In this document: positions 44,715 to 53,273 of the stretch, piece after piece
Layout of the letters: each line of letters opens with the position of its first letter
How positions within the stretch are numbered: position 1 is the first letter of the stretch
Virus record (IMG/VR): IMGVR_UViG_3300032287_003869
Span: 1-64,000 of that record
Source of the DNA: a virus
Reading direction: 5' to 3' (one strand)
DNA length: 64,000 bases
The notes under the pieces: model-generated
What the model was told of the DNA's origin: nothing
Database searches by the model: none
The model's input: the letters and a program-made list of their open reading frames with translations, nothing else
Position numbers and translations under genes: made by a program

Positions 44715-46161
44715 TGATTTTAATTCTTTGGTGTGGGATATTTTCCTGTTCATAGAATTCTTGGCGTTTCATTTGATGTTGCATTCCATAATACAATTGA
44801 TCGGCCACATCTATGATATAAAGTGTATTTTTCTTTTCGTGTAAACGAAGACCTCTACCAATGCTTTGTAAAACTTTTATTTTGGATTTTCCTCCACCTC
44901 CAAAAATAATATAGTGAAGGTTTTTAATATTGATTCCTGTTGAAAATATTTTGGAAATGGCTATACATATGACATTTTCCTTAGTTTCCATTATCTTTCT
45001 TATTTTTTCTCTATCATCCACTCCCATTTCTCCAGAAATATAAAAGACTTCTTTGTTTTCCAAGCCTTTACTTAAAACTTTGTAAAGAGTTTCACCATGT
45101 TCAAGATAATCTACAAGAATCAATGCGTTGTTTTGACAGTTAAGTGAAAGTTTTCGTATGGTTTCATTTCTGAATTGACTTTTTATAAGGAAATCAATTT
45201 CATTTCTATAGTTGTCCGTTGCAGCATTGCCTCCAAAATTTCTTATCGGTTTGGTTTTATATTCCAATTCGACAACTTGAGCTATTGCGGGAACAACGTG
45301 TTTATCCTCCCTTAATTCAAAGCTTCTTCTTTGGTAAATTATAGGACCAATCTTCCCTATAATTGTCCATTGGTCTATTTTGTCTTCTGGCATCGTACCA
45401 GTAAACCCAAACTTGTGGCTTGTTTGGCATGTTTCTATAATTTTTGTTATTTCGTTGGATTTTCTGATTTGGTGACACTCATCTACAACGAGAACATCTA
45501 TATATTTCAACCAATCTATGTCGCTGTTCTTAGATTGCAGTATGGCACTTGTGCATACAACGACATTTCTACTCAAATCGAGCTTATCATCACCTGTCCA
45601 CTTGGAATATCCAAACGGAACACCGTATTCTTGAAAGTCACCACAAGTTTGAACAACTAGGCTCCTATTGGGAACAACCAAGCAACACTTGAAGTTGCTG
45701 TCCATATTGTGTATTTTTGACAACAAGGAAGCCATTGTAAGCGTTTTTCCGCCAGCAGTGGCTAGAAGTATCGTTCCTCTTCCAAAATTCAGACATTTAT
45801 CGACTATTTCCTTTTGGTAATCCCTCAATTTCAAATTAAGGGGATATTCTTCCAAAGAAAACGATTCTGTTTTCCTCCAATCGTATGCTGCTGGATTATT
45901 TTCCCTCAATAAATCCTGATGAATCTTCACACGATCCATCGAATATTCCGTATTGTTCTTTATGAACTTTAAAATCTCAGGAAGAAGACAAGAATCGAAT
46001 CTTCCGGTTCCTGTTATAACATACTTTCTGGATGGAATGAACCTGTTTCTCGCAAACTTGGCACCATCGTTCTTTACGGAAAAGAATTCTTTTACTTCAT
46101 CGAAGTAATCGCCTGAGTAAATTCCCTTTTTCTTCTTGTCATCGTATCCAAGATCTATCAT
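44704..46161 (-). CDS. uvsW: SF2 helicase UvsW
   Basis: LRDYQ, TAGGKT, DECH, GFTGT, FSTGINI and QSIGRGLR. Confidence 0.92.
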   Translation of the reverse strand: MIDLGYDDKKKKGIYSGDYFDEVKEFFSVKNDGAKFARNRFIPSRKYVITGTGRFDSCLLPEILKFIKNNTEYSMDRVKIHQDLLRENNPAAYDWRKTESFSLEEYPLNLKLRDYQKEIVDKCLNFGRGTILLATAGGKTLTMASLLSKIHNMDSNFKCCLVVPNRSLVVQTCGDFQEYGVPFGYSKWTGDDKLDLSRNVVVCTSAILQSKNSDIDWLKYIDVLVVDECHQIRKSNEITKIIETCQTSHKFGFTGTMPEDKIDQWTIIGKIGPIIYQRRSFELREDKHVVPAIAQVVELEYKTKPIRNFGGNAATDNYRNEIDFLIKSQFRNETIRKLSLNCQNNALILVDYLEHGETLYKVLSKGLENKEVFYISGEMGVDDREKIRKIMETKENVICIAISKIFSTGINIKNLHYIIFGGGGKSKIKVLQSIGRGLRLHEKKNTLYIIDVADQLYYGMQHQMKRQEFYEQENIPHQRIKINER

Positions 46162-46550
46162 GTGGTTTCCAACTGAACTATCTTGATAATGTTTCCAATG
46201 TCGAAACTCATGGATGACATTACCTTTTCAATCTTTTCCAGAAAATCGATAAGATTTTTACTTTCTTCTATCTTTTCATCGATTTCCAGAACGGATTCAT
46301 GTTTTTCTGCAACATTCCTTAGAACGGGAGCAGAAATGGAGGCCACAGCCTCTTGTTTTATTTTCTCAATGACAATGTTTAATTGCTTTTTCTTGTCTTT
46401 CTCAAGTCTGTTTAAATTGTTTTTCTCTAAAATTAAACGAGAAACCCACTTTGCCTTCTTTGCTGGAAGAAGAAGAGAAGATTCCTTCAAGTTCATCTCA
46501 TCAACAATGCAATCTTGTTTTAGTTCCTCTATGTAATTTGATAAAGACAT
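46158..46550 (-). CDS. uvsY: recombination mediator UvsY
   Basis: D..VDE.NL..SSL..P....KW and FDI.NII; helical; adjacent to uvsW. Confidence 0.75.
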   Translation of the reverse strand: MSLSNYIEELKQDCIVDEMNLKESSLLLPAKKAKWVSRLILEKNNLNRLEKDKKKQLNIVIEKIKQEAVASISAPVLRNVAEKHESVLEIDEKIEESKNLIDFLEKIEKVMSSMSFDIGNIIKIVQLETT

Positions 46551-46564
46551 TTAAAATCTAAATA

Positions 46565-46592
46565 AATATAACTTATTTTTCAAAAAAGTCAA
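46565..46592 (-). promoter_or_regulatory. sigma70-type promoter for the uvsY operon
   Basis: TTGACT-16nt-TATATT, overlapping plus-strand TAAATA boxes at 46559-46568. Confidence 0.55.
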
Positions 46593-46595
46593 ATA

Positions 46596-46832
46596 ATGAA
46601 TTTCGATAAATTAGTAAAATGTATTTTAGAGGACAATGCCGCTGGTGATGGAGGCTCATTTGGGTCTGGTGAATCATTCGGACATGGTGGTGCTGTCGGT
46701 AATTCTGACTTTTGGAATACCGGAAGTGCAATTATCCCCTATGTAATGGGGACATTTAGAAGATCGGGGAAAGTAAAAGGGAAAAGAAAAAGAAAAAATG
46801 CAAAAAGAAGAAAGAAAAATAGATCTAAGTGA
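46596..46832 (+). CDS. small late protein with capsid-targeting-like leader, Gly-rich with basic tail
   Basis: MNFDKLVKCILED; C-terminal KGKRKRKNAKRRKK. Confidence 0.65.
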   Translation: MNFDKLVKCILEDNAAGDGGSFGSGESFGHGGAVGNSDFWNTGSAIIPYVMGTFRRSGKVKGKRKRKNAKRRKKNRSK

Positions 46833-47250
46833 TACTGGTCACTGGATTCTTCCTCCAAGTGTGGAAGAATTTGGAGATAATTCCAAAGATTACTTCGGTT
46901 TTGTATATAAAATAACTCTGCCCAATGGTTTCTGGTATATTGGGTCCAAGCAATTCGAATCTAAGAGAAAATTAAAGCCTTTGAAGGGTAAAACAAGAGC
47001 AAGAAGGACGGTTGTGGAGAGTGATTGGAGAGAATACACGTCATCCTCAAACATGATAAACGACATTATATCCAAAGAGGGGAAAGGAAATATGAGGTTT
47101 GAAATCATAACTCTTGCAAGGGGTGGGAAGTTTGAATTAAAATATTGTGAAATGAAACATCAAGTTTTGGAAAATTGTCTTTTTGAAGAGAATTGCATGA
47201 ACCAAATAGTGAACGTAAGGCTTGGGAAGAAAAAAACTTTCAATTTTTAA
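46798..47250 (+). CDS. GIY-YIG nuclease-like protein
   Basis: GFVYKIT...YIGSK...ESDW.EY.SSS. Confidence 0.75.
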   Translation: MQKEERKIDLSDTGHWILPPSVEEFGDNSKDYFGFVYKITLPNGFWYIGSKQFESKRKLKPLKGKTRARRTVVESDWREYTSSSNMINDIISKEGKGNMRFEIITLARGGKFELKYCEMKHQVLENCLFEENCMNQIVNVRLGKKKTFNF

Positions 47251-47271
47251 AAATATTTTCACTTTACCCTA

Positions 47272-47300
47272 TTGACTTTTTGGGGTAGTTGGGTTAAAAT
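47272..47300 (+). promoter_or_regulatory. sigma70-type promoter
   Basis: TTGACT-17nt-TAAAAT. Confidence 0.7.
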
Positions 47301-47470
47301 CATTCTGTGGATGTTTCAAAACCCTTTACACACAACAAAACATCTGAATATAAGAAAACTAGAAATGCATTTTTTGTAGAAAAAACAAATTTTTCAATTG
47401 TATTTTTAAATTTCTGTTTTAAAATGAATCTGTGAATGATTTGAAAAGGAATTAGATTTTTAAACATAAA

Positions 47471-47941
47471 ATGCTCTACGAATTGATTAATTATAACACT
47501 TTATACAAGAATATCAAACTAGATATAGAAGAATTCTGTAAGAAATATGAAATTTCATTTGAAAATTCCAAAGTAAAAACAAAAAGAGAACTTTTAATTT
47601 ATTTTTCTCTTATTGAGATTTTAAAAAAATTGGAAAAAAGAAAATTAGAAAAACCAATTGTAATCTTCGATTCAAACTTCAATAATACTTTGTTTCAATT
47701 CTGTTTTAAACAAATATCAAAAATTCTAGTTATTCCTGTATTTTTTGTTGAAAATGAAATTTCAAATGGAACAAAGAAAGAATTGATATTAAAAGCTGAT
47801 TCTTTTTATGATTTAAATATTTTTACAATTAAAAAACTAAAAAAACAATTATGTTTTAAAAAACATAGTTCTCTTGTTTCAAATATTTGTAATTTTAAAT
47901 CTTTGGGATGCTCTCAAATGATGGAGCATAGCGTTGAATGA
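47471..47941 (+). CDS. hypothetical protein
   Basis: 156-aa, very AT-rich ORF. Confidence 0.55.
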   Translation: MLYELINYNTLYKNIKLDIEEFCKKYEISFENSKVKTKRELLIYFSLIEILKKLEKRKLEKPIVIFDSNFNNTLFQFCFKQISKILVIPVFFVENEISNGTKKELILKADSFYDLNIFTIKKLKKQLCFKKHSSLVSNICNFKSLGCSQMMEHSVE

Positions 47942-48260
47942 TTGGGAGAAATTGTCTTAATGCCTCTTTTGCATTGTTTTCATTGATATCTCCGAATTCA
48001 ACAATTTTATTCTCTTCATCAGCATCTAGTCTTTCGATCATAAGAGCCTTTGCAATCATTCTTACAAGAAGAACCATTCCTTCAGGGGAAAGTGCTTCGG
48101 TATTAGAAGGTTGTTCCGGAATTTCAGGAACTGGTGTTGGTGCTGCCTGATCTGGTGCAGCCTGTGCAGGAGCTTCTGGTGTTGGAGGAACAGGGGGTTG
48201 ATCTTGTTCAGTAATAAGTTCCTTGTATCCTTTGTTGAGTATTTTGTGAAATCTGCTCAT
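47895..48260 (-). CDS. late protein with capsid-targeting-like leader and Pro-rich linker
   Basis: MSRFHKILNKGYKELITEQ; 1 nt downstream of the late gene 48262-48912. Confidence 0.65.
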   Translation of the reverse strand: MSRFHKILNKGYKELITEQDQPPVPPTPEAPAQAAPDQAAPTPVPEIPEQPSNTEALSPEGMVLLVRMIAKALMIERLDADEENKIVEFGDINENNAKEALRQFLPIIQRYAPSFESIPKI

Positions 48261-48261
48261 A

Positions 48262-48912
48262 TTATTTGCTTTCCTTTAAAATTTCCAAATTGAAAATAAT
48301 TCTCTTCAATACTTCTTCATTTACTTCTTTTCCTTCACCATTCAACATGCTTGTAATTTTGGAAATCAAAACCATATCATTTGAGAAGTCATCCATTGGC
48401 TTTGATACATTTTTTTCATAGGATTCAAACTCTATGACATTCTTAACAGCACAAAGATAATCAGCTGCTTTCACAATCTTGGAAAGCATCCATGCTTCGA
48501 TTTTATTTCCACATCCAACAAGAGACATGAGAGCATCTGCATATTTTTTGATTTTGAATACTTCAGATTTTGCCATATCAAGATTTCCAGAATCATGCAC
48601 ATCGTAATCGCATTCCTCACACCCCTCTTCTTCCTCTTGAGAATGTTGACCACACTCTCCACTTTCGCATTCTGGGCAACTCTGTCTATTCATGTCAATA
48701 GTATTGGCCGTTTGTTCCATTTCCTCTGGACTCCTTCTGAATGTTTCAATTTCTTCTGGTTTTGTTGCAATAAATTCTATTTCATTTTGGTCGGGATTTG
48801 TTGCATTTTTAATCAATACGTTTTGGGGCATTTGTTCGCCTCCAACATTCATTTCTTCCAAAACTTGTTCATATGCTTTGGAAAGTTCTAAAAGACTGGA
48901 TTTTCTTGTCAT
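48262..48912 (-). CDS. late protein with capsid-targeting-like leader (possible prohead core-like)
   Basis: MTRKSSLLELSKAYEQVLEE; MAKSE...IEAWM.SKI.KAADYL pattern; TAAATA 5 nt upstream. Confidence 0.7.
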   Translation of the reverse strand: MTRKSSLLELSKAYEQVLEEMNVGGEQMPQNVLIKNATNPDQNEIEFIATKPEEIETFRRSPEEMEQTANTIDMNRQSCPECESGECGQHSQEEEEGCEECDYDVHDSGNLDMAKSEVFKIKKYADALMSLVGCGNKIEAWMLSKIVKAADYLCAVKNVIEFESYEKNVSKPMDDFSNDMVLISKITSMLNGEGKEVNEEVLKRIIFNLEILKESK

Positions 48913-48917
48913 AAGAT

Positions 48918-48941
48918 TATTTAGTTGTCGAATGATAAATA
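48918..48941. promoter_or_regulatory. back-to-back late promoters
   Basis: TATTTA 48918-48923 (minus) and TAAATA 48936-48941 (plus). Confidence 0.65.
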
Positions 48942-48949
48942 AATTTGTT

Positions 48950-49228
48950 ATGAGTAATTTTGATCAACTTGTTAATGTCATTTTGGAAGCTGCTAGATGC
49001 ACAGGTCCAACAAAGAAGGCATCTTCAACAGCTAAAGGTAAAAAATGGATGCAATGTGTAAAAAATCCAAAAGGAAAAGGTTACAAAAGAGTTCATTTTG
49101 GACAAAAGGGTGTGAAAGTTACAGGAAAATCAGGCAACACTAAGAGAAAAAAAAGCTTCCGCGCACGGCATGGATGCTCCAAAGCAAAACCAGGAACCGC
49201 AAAATTTCTAAGTTGTAAGAATTGGTAA
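48950..49228 (+). CDS. small basic protein with capsid-targeting-like leader (DUF5754/DUF6321-like)
   Basis: Start reset to ATG 48950: MSNFDQLVNVILEA; VHFGQKG...RKKSFRARHGC...SCKNW. Confidence 0.7.
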   Translation: MSNFDQLVNVILEAARCTGPTKKASSTAKGKKWMQCVKNPKGKGYKRVHFGQKGVKVTGKSGNTKRKKSFRARHGCSKAKPGTAKFLSCKNW

Positions 49229-49255
49229 ACGTTTTATTTGTAATAATTTACATAA

Positions 49256-49666
49256 ATGAAATTCAACGACCTCTACAACTATCTATTGGAAACAGCACTT
49301 GGTCTTGTTGAAGACATCACAATAGAGGGAATTGGAACTCTAAAGGCAAAAACAGACACAGGAAATTCAGCACACAATGTTCTCCATGGTTTGATCAAAG
49401 GAAAACAAGAAGGAAGCGTTACATTTGAAACAATAGATGGTAAAGTTGTAACATTCCCATACAATGAAGAAATAAAAATTCACATTGGTTCAGGTAACAA
49501 AGAAGACAGACCAGTTGTTAATTTCAATGTGGAAATTAATGGAGAAAGATATGAGAATGTCCCATTCTCAATAGCAGATAGAAGCGAGAACGAATACAAG
49601 GCACTTCTTGGGGAAGAATTCATAAAAGCCAATGGTGGAATTGTTGATGCAACAAAAGAGGATTAA
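49256..49666 (+). CDS. retropepsin-like aspartic protease (RimK-associated type) with capsid-targeting-like leader
   Basis: AKTDTGN catalytic motif, EDRPVV and FSIADRS...LLG; MKFNDLYNYLLET. Confidence 0.75.
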   Translation: MKFNDLYNYLLETALGLVEDITIEGIGTLKAKTDTGNSAHNVLHGLIKGKQEGSVTFETIDGKVVTFPYNEEIKIHIGSGNKEDRPVVNFNVEINGERYENVPFSIADRSENEYKALLGEEFIKANGGIVDATKED

Positions 49667-49674
49667 ATATTTTA

Positions 49675-50442
49675 ATGCGTGACAATGATAGTTTGATTTT
49701 GGAAAAATTATATTCTACTATTTTGGAAAATAGTGGTTTAGATGCAAAATATGCCGAATTGGAACAAAGATCAAAAGATGGAGATGAAGAAGCTGAAGCG
49801 GAAGCGCAGAAAATGGTGGATGAGGCTGCGAAAAAATCTGAATATAATATTGCTGATGTTTTCCACGGAAGTCCGACTCACGGGTTTACTGTGTTTACTC
49901 CACAAACAGACATAACGGGTTCTATTAGAAATCAAGGGGTGCATGTGTTTTCAAAAGGAACCAAAATACCTCGTAGATATTCGGGCAGCAAAGGAGAAAT
50001 TCGCAAGTTTTTTTTGAATGTTAATAATCCTTTTGATCATAGGAATCACGATCAAGTTAGGTATGTTTTGCGTCACATTTTTTTTAATCGCAACAATTAT
50101 CTTGATATGGAAACTCCAAATGGAGTGGTTCCAGACCTTTATAAACTTTTGGAAGATAAATCTAAAGACTACGAAACAGTAAACAAAAATGACACATCGG
50201 CTGAAAAACTTTTTAAGCTTGCATCAGCACCAGATTATGAGTTCGTAGAAACATCTGGAGTTCCACAAGTTCTTAAAGAATTGGGATATGATGGTTATAT
50301 AACAATGGAGGGTGGGGAATTGGTTTATGGGGTTTTTGATTCTTTTCAAATCAAATCCGCCACCCCCTTCACCTATGATAATGGAGAATTGATTCCCCTT
50401 TCCCAAAGATTCGATTCTTCAAACAATGATATAAGATATTGA
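49675..50442 (+). CDS. ADP-ribosyltransferase-like (ART-PolyVal type) protein with capsid-targeting-like leader
   Basis: FHGS...F.VF, G.HVFS, FLN..NP, LKELGYDG, VFDS.QIKSA and F...NDIRY; leader MRDNDSLILEKLYSTILE; TAAATA 5 nt upstream. Confidence 0.7.
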   Translation: MRDNDSLILEKLYSTILENSGLDAKYAELEQRSKDGDEEAEAEAQKMVDEAAKKSEYNIADVFHGSPTHGFTVFTPQTDITGSIRNQGVHVFSKGTKIPRRYSGSKGEIRKFFLNVNNPFDHRNHDQVRYVLRHIFFNRNNYLDMETPNGVVPDLYKLLEDKSKDYETVNKNDTSAEKLFKLASAPDYEFVETSGVPQVLKELGYDGYITMEGGELVYGVFDSFQIKSATPFTYDNGELIPLSQRFDSSNNDIRY

Positions 50443-50474
50443 TTATTTTATATTCCAAATGAATAAATAATTAG

Positions 50475-50948
50475 GTGAAATTTCTAAACCTATTGGAAAA
50501 TGCAGTCAAATCCATAAAACTTCAAAAGGTCCGCATCAAGGTTGATCCTATGTGGAGTGAGAAGCTGGGTATTATTAATTCACCATATTATGAAGGATAC
50601 ATACTACAGGAGTGTCCGGGCAGCAAAATGGACTTCAAAGTTTTCATTGTCAACACTCCATCAGGAATTAACCCTATACAAACTGTGCATAAAGCTCATT
50701 TGGAGCCTGTTGAGGTCGAGACTCCACAAGAAACTGAAAAAGTTTCAAAATTCAATGGCTCAAGACTATCGGTCTTTAAGAAACACCTTGTTGAGAAACT
50801 CAAGGAATTAGGTAAAGAATTAGAATCTCCAGAAGTTTCCCAAGTTATTGCATCCACAGATATCGGTTTTATTGAAACCTATTTGAAACAAATGGGACTA
50901 AATGAAGAAGATCTTTTAAATTTGTATAGAAAATGCTTACAAAAATAA
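50475..50948 (+). CDS. late protein with capsid-targeting-like leader
   Basis: MKFLNLLEN; TAAATA 5 nt before the GTG. Confidence 0.65.
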   Translation: MKFLNLLENAVKSIKLQKVRIKVDPMWSEKLGIINSPYYEGYILQECPGSKMDFKVFIVNTPSGINPIQTVHKAHLEPVEVETPQETEKVSKFNGSRLSVFKKHLVEKLKELGKELESPEVSQVIASTDIGFIETYLKQMGLNEEDLLNLYRKCLQK

Positions 50949-50964
50949 CTAAATATATAAAATT

Positions 50965-51507
50965 ATGCCACTAAAAAAAGGAAAATCAAAAGAAACCATC
51001 TCTAAAAACATTAAAGGAGAGATGAAGAAATACAAGAAAACCGGAAAAATTGGAACTTCCAAGCCCAAGTCCAAGAAGAAAGCTCAGAAACAATCTGTTG
51101 CAATCGCATTGAGCAAGGCACGTGAATCCGGTGCAAAGATTCCAAAAAAGTCAAAAAAATCAGTTGTAAAGGAATCTTTTGACAAATATATCAATCTTTT
51201 GGTTAAAGAATCTTTTGGTTTAAGTGAAATGGACGGCCCCTTGGTTAATAGCTCATTTGATGATAAATCAAACGATCATAATGACCCAGACGAGAGCGAA
51301 TTTCCTTCAAAGTTGAAAGAACTCCCAAAAGGTGAATATTTCAAAAGAAAACCTGATTCTAAAAAAATATGGATCAAGGGCGATCATGTAAGATTCCGCA
51401 AAAATGGAAAAATCATTATTCGTTATTCTTGTTCAGCAGCGGACGACATGAATCAAGAGATTTTTCTAAATCCTCTTACTCCAGTTTATACAGAGTTTGA
51501 ATATTAA
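50965..51507 (+). CDS. late protein with Lys-rich N-terminal domain (DUF6496-like)
   Basis: MPLKKGKS...KQSVAIALSKAR; internal ESFDKYINLLVKESFGLSE; TAAATA upstream. Confidence 0.65.
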   Translation: MPLKKGKSKETISKNIKGEMKKYKKTGKIGTSKPKSKKKAQKQSVAIALSKARESGAKIPKKSKKSVVKESFDKYINLLVKESFGLSEMDGPLVNSSFDDKSNDHNDPDESEFPSKLKELPKGEYFKRKPDSKKIWIKGDHVRFRKNGKIIIRYSCSAADDMNQEIFLNPLTPVYTEFEY

Positions 51508-51510
51508 TAT

Positions 51511-51538
51511 TTGACTTTTTCTTTTTAGATTCTAAATT
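51511..51538 (+). promoter_or_regulatory. sigma70-type promoter (leaderless)
   Basis: TTGACT-16nt-TAAATT, 6 nt before ATG 51545. Confidence 0.55.
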
Positions 51539-51544
51539 CTTTAC

Positions 51545-51820
51545 ATGCCAGTAAAAAAGGATTTTAGAAAAGAATTAGAAAAACTCATATCCAAATACGA
51601 TGATTCCGTATTGGCTAAACATATTGATCATTGCTTGAAAGAATACGATCATACTGAATATATGAAGGGCGCAGAGAATCCATTTGGGGTAGATTTAAAC
51701 AAGGTTCCTGAAGTTAAACCAAACACACCTCAACCGCCTCAAGCCATTCCAGCGAATATTGGAAATATCACAACGCAAGGTTGGTCTAATCCGTTTGCAG
51801 GAACAAGCTGGGGAGTTTAA
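51545..51820 (+). CDS. hypothetical protein
   Basis: 91-aa ORF with its own promoter. Confidence 0.6.
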   Translation: MPVKKDFRKELEKLISKYDDSVLAKHIDHCLKEYDHTEYMKGAENPFGVDLNKVPEVKPNTPQPPQAIPANIGNITTQGWSNPFAGTSWGV

Positions 51821-52506
51821 CCTTCCCCTCTAGCTCCCCTAGCGAATCCTCTCTCCCATTCGGATACATTATGCGCCCAATTGGGATCTTTTGTTCTGTT
51901 GGAGTCACTTTTTCCAGAGCTAGAAACTCTACTCTTATCACCGCTGAAGAAACCTGCAATTTTATTTGGTATAGTTTCAGTTGCTGGTTTTTGAGCAGTA
52001 ACGTCTTTACGATATATTGATGGGTCTCTTGGACGTGGAGCAGATACCGGAGCTTGTACTGGCTTTTCAAATTTCATCGGACCCAATTTATTAAAGTCCA
52101 ATGGACCACTATCTCCGAAAAAATCCGCCTCAGATGACGGTTGCTCCTCATCTTCAGGCAATCTTTCGGGGTTTTCTTTTTGTTGCTTCTCCCTCTCTCT
52201 TGCTAGTTCCTTTCCGAACTTAGGATCAGGCTCATTTGCGGTTTCTTGATCATCCTGTGCAGGAGTAGCCTCTGGATAAGAAGCATAACCAGCTGTATCG
52301 GCATCTCCTACTCTGTGTAAAATGTTATATGCCCTCTCAACCATTGGATTTCCAAAAAGTTCTAAAATTTCGGATTTTAATCTTTGATCAAAATTAGCTG
52401 CTCTGACTTTATCGATAAAAGATTGAAAACTTTTAGTTTCAGCTTGCTCCAAAAGGATTGATTTGTATTGATTGAAAATATCGTGGTTGTCTTTTTTACC
52501 TAACAT
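51817..52506 (-). CDS. late, largely disordered protein with capsid-targeting-like leader
   Basis: Start reset to ATG 52506: MLGKKDNHDIFNQYKSILLEQ; TAAATA at 52515-52520 (minus). Confidence 0.7.
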   Translation of the reverse strand: MLGKKDNHDIFNQYKSILLEQAETKSFQSFIDKVRAANFDQRLKSEILELFGNPMVERAYNILHRVGDADTAGYASYPEATPAQDDQETANEPDPKFGKELAREREKQQKENPERLPEDEEQPSSEADFFGDSGPLDFNKLGPMKFEKPVQAPVSAPRPRDPSIYRKDVTAQKPATETIPNKIAGFFSGDKSRVSSSGKSDSNRTKDPNWAHNVSEWERGFARGARGEG

Positions 52507-52514
52507 ATTAATTA

Positions 52515-52540
52515 TATTTAGCATTTTATCCAACTAAATA
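52515..52540. promoter_or_regulatory. back-to-back late promoters
   Basis: TATTTA 52515-52520 (minus) and TAAATA 52535-52540 (plus). Confidence 0.65.
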
Positions 52541-52548
52541 ATCATACA

Positions 52549-53271
52549 ATGACCAGATTTGATAAATTTTGTAATTTAATTCTAGAGGTATATGGTAAAA
52601 GAATAACATCAGCTACAGGAACCGACAACAGTGGAAAAACGGAAGTTACTTATAGCGATGGATCTTCTGCTGTATTGACCGGACCCAGACCAGTGAGAAA
52701 CAACAATCCCGGTAACATTGAGTATGGGCCATTTGCCAAAGCAAATGGAGCAGTAGGAGGTGATGGGAGATATGCGGTTTTTCCAGATGTTGAGACTGGG
52801 ACAAAGGCTCAAATAAATTTATTAAAAACATCCACTTATCAAAATTTAACATTAAAAGATGCAATTACAAGATATGCTCCACCAAATGAAGGCAACAATG
52901 CATCATATCCTAATAAACTCAGCAATATGACTGGAATTTCATTGGACACCAAACTTAGCAATCTATCGCCAAGTCAATTTTCTAACATGGTAGATAAAAT
53001 GCAAGCAATTGAAGGGTTTAAATCGGGAAACGTCGATTCCACCCCATCCCAACAATATGCTGGAACTGGAGCAACACAACAACCACCAGAAGGAGGGGAA
53101 AAGGACAAAGAGCAATCACCATATGCCGCAATGTTTGCTCAATATTTGCCTTCCGTAGCAGGAGGATTTACTAAAGAAAAGGGAGCAGAATCCCTTAAAG
53201 GAATAATGAACACAGCAGTCGGAGCAATAGAGGGAATGACAGGGAAAAAACTACCAATACCAAAGGTTTAA
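52549..53271 (+). CDS. virion lysozyme-fold (RNNNPGNI-type) muralytic protein with capsid-targeting-like leader
   Basis: RNNNPGNI...GRYAVF.....G...I.RYAPP.E.N...Y; leader MTRFDKFCNLILEV. Confidence 0.7.
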   Translation: MTRFDKFCNLILEVYGKRITSATGTDNSGKTEVTYSDGSSAVLTGPRPVRNNNPGNIEYGPFAKANGAVGGDGRYAVFPDVETGTKAQINLLKTSTYQNLTLKDAITRYAPPNEGNNASYPNKLSNMTGISLDTKLSNLSPSQFSNMVDKMQAIEGFKSGNVDSTPSQQYAGTGATQQPPEGGEKDKEQSPYAAMFAQYLPSVAGGFTKEKGAESLKGIMNTAVGAIEGMTGKKLPIPKV

Positions 53272-53273
53272 TT

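Noticed and set aside
46798-47250. GIY-YIG ORF as an active mobile homing endonuclease
   Set aside because: It is only 150 aa with no evident DNA-binding extension and does not interrupt a gene; kept as a nuclease-like CDS only.
48692-48949. N-terminal extension of ORF 48692-49228
   Set aside because: It is antisense to the real gene 48262-48912; the late promoter and leader place the start at 48950.
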